Source: Breznakia blatticola
GTDB lineage: Bacteria; Bacillota_I; Bacilli_A; Erysipelotrichales; Erysipelotrichaceae
Assembly: GCF_004365815.1 (NCBI RefSeq)
Contig: NZ_SODD01000012.1
Span: 27,446 to 59,445 of the forward strand
Length of the DNA stretch: 32,000 nt
Reading direction: 5' to 3'
How positions within the stretch are numbered: the stretch's first letter is position 1; every line of letters starts with the position of its first letter. Shown one piece after another: positions 25,152 through 31,721 of the stretch. Made by a program: the position numbers and the translations under genes. The notes below the pieces were generated by a model, which was given only the letters and a program-made list of their open reading frames with translations, ran no database searches and was not told the DNA's origin.

Positions 25152-25754
25152 ATGAAAAAAGCATTATTATATATTCATGGAAAAGGTGGTTCACATGAAG
25201 AGGTATCACTATATAATAATTTGTGTAAAGAGTATGCATTAATTGGTGTTGATTATGAAGTGGATGTGCCTTGGATTGTCGAAAAAAAGATACAAAAAAG
25301 CTATGATGAAATACATAAAGATTATGATAGTATTTCTATTCTAGCAAACAGTATTGGTGCTTATTTTGCGATGCATTCTTTGCAAGATAGAGAAATTAAT
25401 ATGGCATATTTTATTTCACCAATCGTGGATATGGAACAATTAATCATGGATATGATGACTTGGGCGAATGTCAGTGAAAAACAATTAGAGAAACAAAAAG
25501 AAACTGAGACAAGTTTTGATGAAACCTTGTCTTGGGAATATCTTTGCTATGTTAGAAAACATCCCATAATATGGAATGTAGAAACAGAAATTCTCTATGC
25601 AACAAACGATCATCTTACAAAAAAGGAAACGATTGATACCTTTGTGTGCAAGCATAATGCAAATGTATATGTTGCAAAAGATCAAGAACACTGGTTTCAT
25701 ACAAAAGAGCAAATGGCCATTGTATATGAGTGGCTAACAAGAGTAATAAAGTAA
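25152..25754 (+). CDS. Small alpha/beta-fold hydrolase (esterase-like)
   Basis: 200 aa from ATG 25152 (AAGGGAG 8 nt upstream). The upstream extension from 25083 overlaps the terminator. Candidate triad: nucleophile elbow LANSIGA, ATNDHL (Asp), QEHWFH (His). IHGKGGS is an oxyanion-loop-like motif. Confidence 0.65.
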   Translation: MKKALLYIHGKGGSHEEVSLYNNLCKEYALIGVDYEVDVPWIVEKKIQKSYDEIHKDYDSISILANSIGAYFAMHSLQDREINMAYFISPIVDMEQLIMDMMTWANVSEKQLEKQKETETSFDETLSWEYLCYVRKHPIIWNVETEILYATNDHLTKKETIDTFVCKHNANVYVAKDQEHWFHTKEQMAIVYEWLTRVIK

Positions 25755-25781
25755 AAAAAATAGCATGGTTGCTATTTTTTT
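25753..25781. terminator. Bidirectional terminator between the hydrolase gene and the convergent AraC-family gene
   Basis: A8-TAGCA-TGGT-TGCTA-T7. The stem is extended by the complementary A/T runs and overlaps both stop codons. Confidence 0.65.
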
Positions 25782-26952
25782 AGTTATATATGGTTTTAGC
25801 ATAATCACTTGGTGTGATGCCAAATTGTTGTTTGAACTTTCTTGAGAAGTAATGAATCGATGCAAAACCAAGAATGTTTGAAATTTCTGAAATCGTGTAT
25901 TTTGATTCTTTAATCAATTGTTTAGATCGGTTCAGTTTCAAATCAGAAATGTACTGTTTTGGAGCCATATTTAAATTGGTTTTAAATAATTGTTGTAAGC
26001 TGCTACGTGAAATATTAAATTCATTACATAGATTCTCAATGGTGATCACCGAGTAGATGTTGTCGTTGATATGAATGAGAATTTCATTTAGTAATTCATT
26101 CTCGAACTTCTGTTGCATTGGACTTGTTTTGACTGGTAAGTCATCAATGTAATCAAAATACATCAAACGAATTAGAATTTGTTCAAGATATGAGACAAGT
26201 AATTCTCTTTGATAGGGTTCATCGCCTTCACTAGTTTTAACAAAAAGGTTAATCGTGTCAAGAATTTCACGGTTAGCTTTAAAGACGCGTTGGTTAAGAC
26301 TGTCTACATGTTCATTATCACACTTCATATCAAACATAACTGTTAAGTAGGAGCACGTTTGGTCAGCTCTTGTATATTGGTTATGGAATTGATTTGGCAT
26401 ATAGAACATCAAATCGTATTGTCCAAGTTCAAAGTCTTGATCTTCTACTCGTGTTTGCAGTTCTCCATTATCAATGAAGGTGAGTTCCCAGTGGTTTGTA
26501 GACTCTCCTGCAAATGAATAACTCGTATTACGTACTTGATAGTAACAAGCAAGTACTTCTTCAACAAAGATCCGTGGTCGTATCGGCATATATTCGATTG
26601 GTGCATCGAGCTTCATTCGATTTCTTGTATAATTACCAGTTGTTGAAATTTCAAGTTTGGCAGAACTGGTGATGCTAATAAAGTTAAAACGCACACCTGG
26701 TTCCAAGCGAACGACACGGTGAATAACGAATTTTTCGATTTCGCTATCATCACGACTTTGTACCAAAAGTAGAACAATTCCTTCATTTACTCGCAAGTAT
26801 GTATCACTTTCACTGTAATAAAGAAAGTCGACACTTTTGTTTGAGATTTTCTTTATTTTTTTCCCTGGAGAGAGAATGGAACTACCTTGTGAGAAGTCCT
26901 GGAAAATCTCTCCATATTTTTGAAAGATATAACTTGTTGTTTTTTTAAACAT
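25780..26952 (-). CDS. AraC/XylS-family transcriptional regulator with a long N-terminal sensor region
   Basis: 390 aa. The C-terminal ~100 aa form the double HTH (ITIENLCNEFNISRSSLQQLFK ... ISEISNILGFASIHYFSRKFKQQFGITPSDY). AAGGGAGGA Shine-Dalgarno. Divergent from the PTS IIB-IIC-IID operon. Confidence 0.88.
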   Translation of the reverse strand: MFKKTTSYIFQKYGEIFQDFSQGSSILSPGKKIKKISNKSVDFLYYSESDTYLRVNEGIVLLLVQSRDDSEIEKFVIHRVVRLEPGVRFNFISITSSAKLEISTTGNYTRNRMKLDAPIEYMPIRPRIFVEEVLACYYQVRNTSYSFAGESTNHWELTFIDNGELQTRVEDQDFELGQYDLMFYMPNQFHNQYTRADQTCSYLTVMFDMKCDNEHVDSLNQRVFKANREILDTINLFVKTSEGDEPYQRELLVSYLEQILIRLMYFDYIDDLPVKTSPMQQKFENELLNEILIHINDNIYSVITIENLCNEFNISRSSLQQLFKTNLNMAPKQYISDLKLNRSKQLIKESKYTISEISNILGFASIHYFSRKFKQQFGITPSDYAKTIYN

Positions 26953-27034
26953 AGAGCATAGTCCTCCCTTGTCTTTTTAGTGTATCATACAAATTTGGGA
27001 AGGTAAAAATGAATTGGTAAAAAATTACAAGAAA

Positions 27035-27073
27035 ATACTATCACATAAACATTTTGCTTTGAAAACGCTTATA
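27035..27073 (-). promoter_or_regulatory. Predicted promoter of the AraC-family gene, overlapped by a cre-like site
   Basis: On the minus strand, TTCAAA (fwd 27058-27063), 17 nt of spacer, then the extended -10 TGATAGTAT (fwd 27035-27043). TGAAAACGCTTATA (27060-27073) fits the CcpA cre consensus WTGNAARCGNWWWCAW with one mismatch and overlaps the -35. Confidence 0.45.
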
Positions 27074-27122
27074 TTGTTGTAAAAACAACAAAATATTATG
27101 TGATTCACACAATTTTAACGAA

Positions 27123-27152
27123 AAGTGCAAACTCATTAATAATAAGTGCAAA
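27123..27152 (+). promoter_or_regulatory. Two AAGTGCAAA direct repeats at 21-bp phasing upstream of PTS IIB copy 1
   Basis: AAGTGCAAA at 27123-27131 and 27144-27152. The proximal copy starts 87 nt before ATG 27231 and abuts or overlaps the -35 position of a -10-like block GTGTATTAAAATG (27167-27179). Confidence 0.55.
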
Positions 27153-27183
27153 TACTTTTACCCTTTGTGTATTAAAATGAAGA

Positions 27184-27214
27184 TGTAGTGAAGCCTGTCT
27201 CGATTTGCACTACA
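27184..27214 (+). promoter_or_regulatory. 5' leader hairpin abutting the Shine-Dalgarno of IIB copy 1
   Basis: TGTAGTG (27184-27190) / CACTACA (27208-27214) is a perfect 7-bp stem with a 17-nt loop, followed directly by GAAGGAGAG. Confidence 0.45.
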
Positions 27215-27230
27215 GAAGGAGAGAGAGTAT

Positions 27231-27707
27231 ATGCCAAATATTGTATTAACACGAATCGACAACCGTCTGATTCATGGTCAAGTTGCTACGCAATGGGCCG
27301 GAGTTGTAGGAGCTAACTTATTGTTAGTTGCAAATGATGAGGTAGCTGGAGATGAGTTCCGTCAAGGACTTATGGATATGGCTGCACCAGCATATGCACA
27401 AACACGTTACTTCACAATTCAAAAAACGATCGATGTAATCGGAAAAGCAAGCGATGCACAAAAAATCGCAATCATTTGTGAAACACCTCAAGATGTATTA
27501 AAACTTGTTGAAGGTGGTGTTCCAATTAAAAAAGTTAATATTGGAAATATGCACATGGCTGATGGAAAACGTCAAGTTGCTACTACAGTAGCTGTTGATG
27601 ATGCTGACGTTGCTGCTTTTAGAAAGATGCAAGATCTTGGAGTCGAATTAGAAATTCGTCGTGTGCCAGACATTGCTGCAGAAGACACAAACAAATTATT
27701 TAAGTAA
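27231..27707 (+). CDS. PTS mannose-family EIIB component (copy 1)
   Basis: 158 aa. The N-terminal LTRIDNRLIHGQVATQW contains the phospho-His of mannose-class IIB. First gene of the IIB-IIC-IID operon. Confidence 0.92.
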   Translation: MPNIVLTRIDNRLIHGQVATQWAGVVGANLLLVANDEVAGDEFRQGLMDMAAPAYAQTRYFTIQKTIDVIGKASDAQKIAIICETPQDVLKLVEGGVPIKKVNIGNMHMADGKRQVATTVAVDDADVAAFRKMQDLGVELEIRRVPDIAAEDTNKLFK

Positions 27708-27734
27708 GAATTATTATTAAAAAAGGAGAAACTA

Positions 27735-28559
27735 ATGAACGTAAATATTATACAAGCTTTATTGGTTTTCGTTGTTACATTCATAATGGCGATCGACCAA
27801 TTCAGTTTCTTAGAATCACTTTACCAACCAGTAGTTCTTTGTCCTATTATTGGAGCAATTTTAGGAAACTTTGAACTAGGAGTTGTAGTAGGTGGGGCTT
27901 ACCAATTAATGCAAATTGGTAGTATGCCTGTAGGTGGAGCACAACCACCAAACGCAATTATCGGTGGAATCATGGCGACTGTATTCGCGATTTCACTAGG
28001 ACTTGAGCCAAGTGCTGAAGGAGTTGGAGCTGCTCTTGGATTAGCAGTACCATTCGCAGTATTCGGACAATACGCTGTAACAGTTACATTTACTTTAATG
28101 TCAGGTATGATGGCTAAAGCTGACGAAGCTGCTGCTAAAGCTGACACTAAAGGAATTGCACACATTAACTACCTTTCAATGGCTATTCTTGGAACATTAT
28201 TCGGAGTAATCGCTGTTGCTGGTTTATACTCAGGACAAGCATTAGGAGAAGCACTTCGTGAATTCTCACTTAACTTCTCATGGGTAATGGCTGGATTAGA
28301 CGCTGCCGGAGGAATGATGAAATTCGTTGGATTCGCAGTTCTTATGAAAGTTATGATGTCTAATGACATGTGGGGATACTTCCTTGCAGGATTCGCAGTT
28401 ACTGTAATCATGAGTGCTGTACCTTCAATTTCAGGATCTGCATTGTTATTAGTATCATTCATTGGATTGGCAATTGCACTTGCTGACTACCAATTGAACT
28501 CAAAAATTAAAGCTTCAGCAGGATCTGCTGGGAATGGAGGAATGAGCGATGGCATCTAA
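27735..28559 (+). CDS. PTS mannose/sorbose/GalNAc-family EIIC component
   Basis: 274 aa, polytopic and Gly/Ala-rich, with typical IIC-Man features (IGSMPVGGAQPPN). AAAGGAGAA Shine-Dalgarno. Overlaps the IID start by 11 nt. Confidence 0.88.
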   Translation: MNVNIIQALLVFVVTFIMAIDQFSFLESLYQPVVLCPIIGAILGNFELGVVVGGAYQLMQIGSMPVGGAQPPNAIIGGIMATVFAISLGLEPSAEGVGAALGLAVPFAVFGQYAVTVTFTLMSGMMAKADEAAAKADTKGIAHINYLSMAILGTLFGVIAVAGLYSGQALGEALREFSLNFSWVMAGLDAAGGMMKFVGFAVLMKVMMSNDMWGYFLAGFAVTVIMSAVPSISGSALLLVSFIGLAIALADYQLNSKIKASAGSAGNGGMSDGI

Positions 28560-29457
28560 TGTTACTCAAACACACTATAATGATTTAACTCCAGCTAACA
28601 AAGTTAGTAAAAAAGCATTAAACAAAATGATCTGGAGATCATTATTCTTACAAGCATCTTTCAACTACGAAAGAATGCAAGCAGGTGGATGGCTATACGG
28701 AATGATTCCTGGACTTGTAGAAGTTCACACGAACAAAGACGACTTAGCTTTATCTATGCAACACAACTTAGACTTCATTAACACTCACCCATTCTTAGTA
28801 ACATTCGTTATGGGAATCGTGCTTTCAATGGAGCAACAAAAAACTGATATTCAAACAATTCGTTCAGTACGTATTGCTGCAGCTGGACCACTAGGTGGTA
28901 TCGGGGATGCATTATTCTGGTATACTCTAGTTCCTATTACTGCAGGTATTTGTGGTAACTTAGCTCTTGATGGATCTATCTTAGGGGCAGTATTATTCTT
29001 ATTAATCTTTAACGCAGTGCAATTTGCAATTCGTATTTGGTTAATGAACTGGTCTTACAACTTAGGAACAAAAGCTGTTTCTACAATTACTAGTAATGCA
29101 AAAGAATTCACTCGTGCTGCTTCAATTTTAGGGATCTTCGTAGTAGGTTCATTAATTGCTGCATACGGTGGAACAGAAGTACGTATCATTATTTCTGACC
29201 CAGCAATCAACGTACAATCTTTATTAAATGGTATCTTACCAAAAATCTTACCATTAGCTATTACAATCGGTCTTTACTTCTTAATTAAAAAAGGTTGGAC
29301 TCCAACAAAATGTATCATGCTTCTTATCGTAGTAGGTATTGTTGGAACAATGTTTGGAGTACTTGCTGGTAACTCACAAGCTCAAGACGAAAACGGTAAC
29401 CCTCTTCCAGGTGGATATACACCACTTGTTGAATGGTACGAATACCCAACTGAGTAA
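28549..29457 (+). CDS. PTS mannose/sorbose/GalNAc-family EIID component
   Basis: 302 aa. The N-terminal block WRSLFLQASFNYERMQAGGW and HPFL.. are diagnostic of IID-Man proteins. GGAGG Shine-Dalgarno at 28536-28540. Confidence 0.9.
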   Translation: MASNVTQTHYNDLTPANKVSKKALNKMIWRSLFLQASFNYERMQAGGWLYGMIPGLVEVHTNKDDLALSMQHNLDFINTHPFLVTFVMGIVLSMEQQKTDIQTIRSVRIAAAGPLGGIGDALFWYTLVPITAGICGNLALDGSILGAVLFLLIFNAVQFAIRIWLMNWSYNLGTKAVSTITSNAKEFTRAASILGIFVVGSLIAAYGGTEVRIIISDPAINVQSLLNGILPKILPLAITIGLYFLIKKGWTPTKCIMLLIVVGIVGTMFGVLAGNSQAQDENGNPLPGGYTPLVEWYEYPTE

Positions 29458-29515
29458 TTAAAGGCTTTGAACTGTATAACTCTCTCTGGAATATAAACGT
29501 ATGATATTCATACAT

Positions 29516-29549
29516 AAACTGCCTCGCGTATAATGCTTGGCAGTTTTTT
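29516..29549 (+). terminator. Terminator after the IIB-IIC-IID operon
   Basis: AAACTGCC (29516-29523) / GGCAGTTT (29539-29546) is an 8-bp stem with a 15-nt loop, running into a T6 tract (29544-29549). Confidence 0.65.
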
Positions 29550-29557
29550 AAAAATAT

Positions 29558-29590
29558 TGTCGCAAATTTGTGTAAAAAAAGTGCAAATTT
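29558..29590 (+). promoter_or_regulatory. Two GCAAATTT-containing direct repeats at 21-bp phasing upstream of PTS IIB copy 2
   Basis: TGTCGCAAATTT (29558-29569) and AAGTGCAAATTT (29579-29590). The proximal copy starts 88 nt before ATG 29667 and is followed by a -10-like block GTATACTAAAAAG (29602-29614). Confidence 0.55.
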
Positions 29591-29618
29591 CAATAACTAG
29601 AGTATACTAAAAAGGTAG

Positions 29619-29651
29619 GGTAGTAGATATAATATAGGATAGAGAACTACC
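29619..29651 (+). promoter_or_regulatory. 5' leader hairpin abutting the Shine-Dalgarno of IIB copy 2
   Basis: GGTAGT (29619-29624) / ACTACC (29646-29651) is a perfect 6-bp stem with a 21-nt loop, followed directly by AAGGAGG. Confidence 0.4.
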
Positions 29652-29666
29652 AAGGAGGAAATATAA

Positions 29667-30143
29667 ATGCCAAATATAGTATTAACAAGAATCGACAACC
29701 GTTTGATTCACGGTCAAGTAGCAACACAATGGGCCGGAGTAGTAGGAGCTAACTTATTACTTGTTGCAAATGATGAAGTAGCTGGAGATGAATTCCGTCA
29801 AGGATTGATGAACATGGCAGCACCTGCTTATGCACAAACTCGTTACTTTACAATTCAAAAAACGATCGATATTATCGACCGTGCAAGTGATGCACAAAAA
29901 ATCGCTATCATTTGTGAAACACCTCAAGATGTATTACGTCTAGTGGAAGGTGGAGTTCCAATTAAAAAAGTAAACATTGGAAACATGCACATGGCTGATG
30001 GAAAACGTCAAGTTGCGACTACAGTAGCTGTTGATGATGCAGATGTTGCAGCATTCAAAAAACTACAAGATCTTGGAGTAGAATTAGAAATTCGTCGTGT
30101 TCCAGATATTGCAGCAGAAGACACAAACAAATTATTTAAATAA
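29667..30143 (+). CDS. PTS mannose-family EIIB component (copy 2, monocistronic paralog)
   Basis: 158 aa, identical to copy 1 at 151 of 158 residues. It has its own promoter region, Shine-Dalgarno and terminator. Confidence 0.9.
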   Translation: MPNIVLTRIDNRLIHGQVATQWAGVVGANLLLVANDEVAGDEFRQGLMNMAAPAYAQTRYFTIQKTIDIIDRASDAQKIAIICETPQDVLRLVEGGVPIKKVNIGNMHMADGKRQVATTVAVDDADVAAFKKLQDLGVELEIRRVPDIAAEDTNKLFK

Positions 30144-30154
30144 TCGTAACTATA

Positions 30155-30193
30155 AAACTAGCAAGTGTGCCATAATGCATTTGCTAGTTTTTA
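30155..30193 (+). terminator. Terminator after IIB copy 2
   Basis: AAACTAGCAA (30155-30164) / TTGCTAGTTT (30181-30190) is a perfect 10-bp stem, extendable inward with G-U pairs, running into a T5 tract. Confidence 0.75.
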
Positions 30194-30639
30194 CTTGTAT
30201 TATAGTGTGTATGATGTCGATTATTTGGTCATTTATTGATACCATTATGTCTTGCATATATGAATTAAGTGTAAGATATATCTTGCGTAATTAAACCGCG
30301 TAGTAGCAATAGGTATGTTTGTTATAACAGTTCTCTCGTTAGCATGTACAATTGTTTTACTAGTATACATAATAAAGGAATGATTTGATTCATTTTTTTG
30401 TTGCTTTGATAGATACATCATCAATTTTTTTCATATGTACAAATTCTATATCTAGATCTCCTAATGATTTAGATAAACTGAACGAGAATAAAAAATAAAT
30501 GGGTATGGATTGATTCACCATTGAAGCTATATTTGTCTATGATAAATATAGGATGTGTTGTTTTAGAAACCTTTATTCCATGCATGATTACGTAAAAGTT
30601 AATATTTTCACAAAAGTTTGATTTTTCGGGTGATGTTAA

Positions 30640-30668
30640 TTGACATTAACATTTGATAATCATATAAT
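30640..30668 (+). promoter_or_regulatory. Consensus sigma-A promoter of gap
   Basis: TTGACA (30640-30645), exactly 17 nt of spacer, then TATAAT (30663-30668). GAAGGAGGA Shine-Dalgarno before ATG 30699. Confidence 0.75.
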
Positions 30669-30698
30669 GAGTAGGTAAAACGAAGGAGGACTTTTAAC

Positions 30699-31715
30699 AT
30701 GGCAGTAAAAGTTGCAATTAATGGTTTTGGACGTATTGGACGTCTAGCATTCAGACAAATGTTTGGTGCAGAAGGATATGAAGTCGTAGCAATTAACGAT
30801 TTAACAGATCCTAAAATGTTAGCGCATTTATTAAAATATGACTCAGCTCAAGGAACTTACGCATTAGCTAGCAAAGTAGAAGCTGGTGAAGGTTCAATCA
30901 CAGTTGACGGAAAAGAAATTAAAATTTACGCAGAAGCTGACGCTTCAAAATTACCTTGGGGTGATTTAGATGTAGACGTAGTATTAGAATGTACTGGATT
31001 CTACACTTCAAAAGCTAAAGCAGAAGCTCACATTACTGCAGGAGCTAAAAAAGTTGTTATTTCAGCACCAGCTGGAAACGACTTACCAACAGTAGTATTC
31101 GGAGTTAACGAAGGTGTATTAAAAGCAGACGACACAATTATCTCAGCTGCTTCATGTACAACTAACTGTCTTGCTCCAATGGCAGACACATTAAACAAAC
31201 TTGCTCCAATTAAAGCTGGAATTATGTCAACAATTCACGCTTACACTGGAGACCAAATGTTATTAGATGGACCTCACCGTAAAGGTGACTTACGTCGTGC
31301 TCGTGCAGCAGCAGTAAACATTGTTCCTAACTCAACAGGAGCTGCAAAAGCAATCGGATTAGTAATTCCTGAATTAAACGGAAAATTAATCGGTTCTGCA
31401 CAACGTGTTCCAGTTCCAACTGGATCAAGTACAATCTTAGTATCAGTAGTTGATGGAGACGTTACAGTTGATTCAATCAACGCAGCTATGAAAGCAGCAG
31501 CTAACGATTCATTCGGATACACTGAAGACCAACTTGTATCTTCAGACATCGTAGGATCTACTTTCGGATCAATCTTCGATGCTACACAAACAATGGTTAT
31601 CCCAATGGATAACGGAACTACACAAGTTCAAACAGTTGCTTGGTATGACAATGAAAACTCTTACACTAGCCAAATGGTAAGAACAATTAAATACTTCGCT
31701 GAATTAAGCAAATAA
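30699..31715 (+). CDS. gap: Glyceraldehyde-3-phosphate dehydrogenase
   Basis: 338 aa with NAD-binding INGFGRIGR, the active-site motif [10 protein letters not shown], and WYDNE near the C-terminus. Codon usage is strongly biased. Confidence 0.97.
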   Translation: MAVKVAINGFGRIGRLAFRQMFGAEGYEVVAINDLTDPKMLAHLLKYDSAQGTYALASKVEAGEGSITVDGKEIKIYAEADASKLPWGDLDVDVVLECTGFYTSKAKAEAHITAGAKKVVISAPAGNDLPTVVFGVNEGVLKADDTIISAASCTTNCLAPMADTLNKLAPIKAGIMSTIHAYTGDQMLLDGPHRKGDLRRARAAAVNIVPNSTGAAKAIGLVIPELNGKLIGSAQRVPVPTGSSTILVSVVDGDVTVDSINAAMKAAANDSFGYTEDQLVSSDIVGSTFGSIFDATQTMVIPMDNGTTQVQTVAWYDNENSYTSQMVRTIKYFAELSK

Positions 31716-31721
31716 TTTTAG

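Noticed and set aside
27194-27210. Sigma-54 (-24/-12) promoter plus LevR-type control, common for mannose-family PTS operons. TTGCA is present at 27205-27209 and at 23364-23368.
   Set aside because: The required GG-containing -24 element (TGGCAC) is absent at the correct 5-nt spacing in both places (CCTGTC and TAGCGA instead). No LevR-like activator is encoded in the window.
27231-30143. The duplicated IIB genes as flanking repeats of a mobile element, or as an assembly artefact.
   Set aside because: The copies differ at roughly 45 codons, mostly silently, so they are not collapsed or expanded reads of one sequence. No transposase, integrase or terminal inverted repeats are present, and each copy has an intact promoter, Shine-Dalgarno and terminator.
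30097-30294. 65-aa ORF overlapping the end of IIB copy 2 and running across its terminator.
   Set aside because: It starts inside the IIB coding region in another frame, spans the terminator hairpin, has no Shine-Dalgarno, and has an implausible composition.
30322-30434. Two overlapping minus-strand mini-ORFs (14 aa and 23 aa, ATGA overlap) as a possible type I toxin or leader peptide.
   Set aside because: The nearest AGGAG is about 23 nt from the first ATG, which is too far, and there is none for the second. I could find no flanking promoter or terminator. They are mentioned only within the long-intergenic finding as something transcriptomics could revisit.
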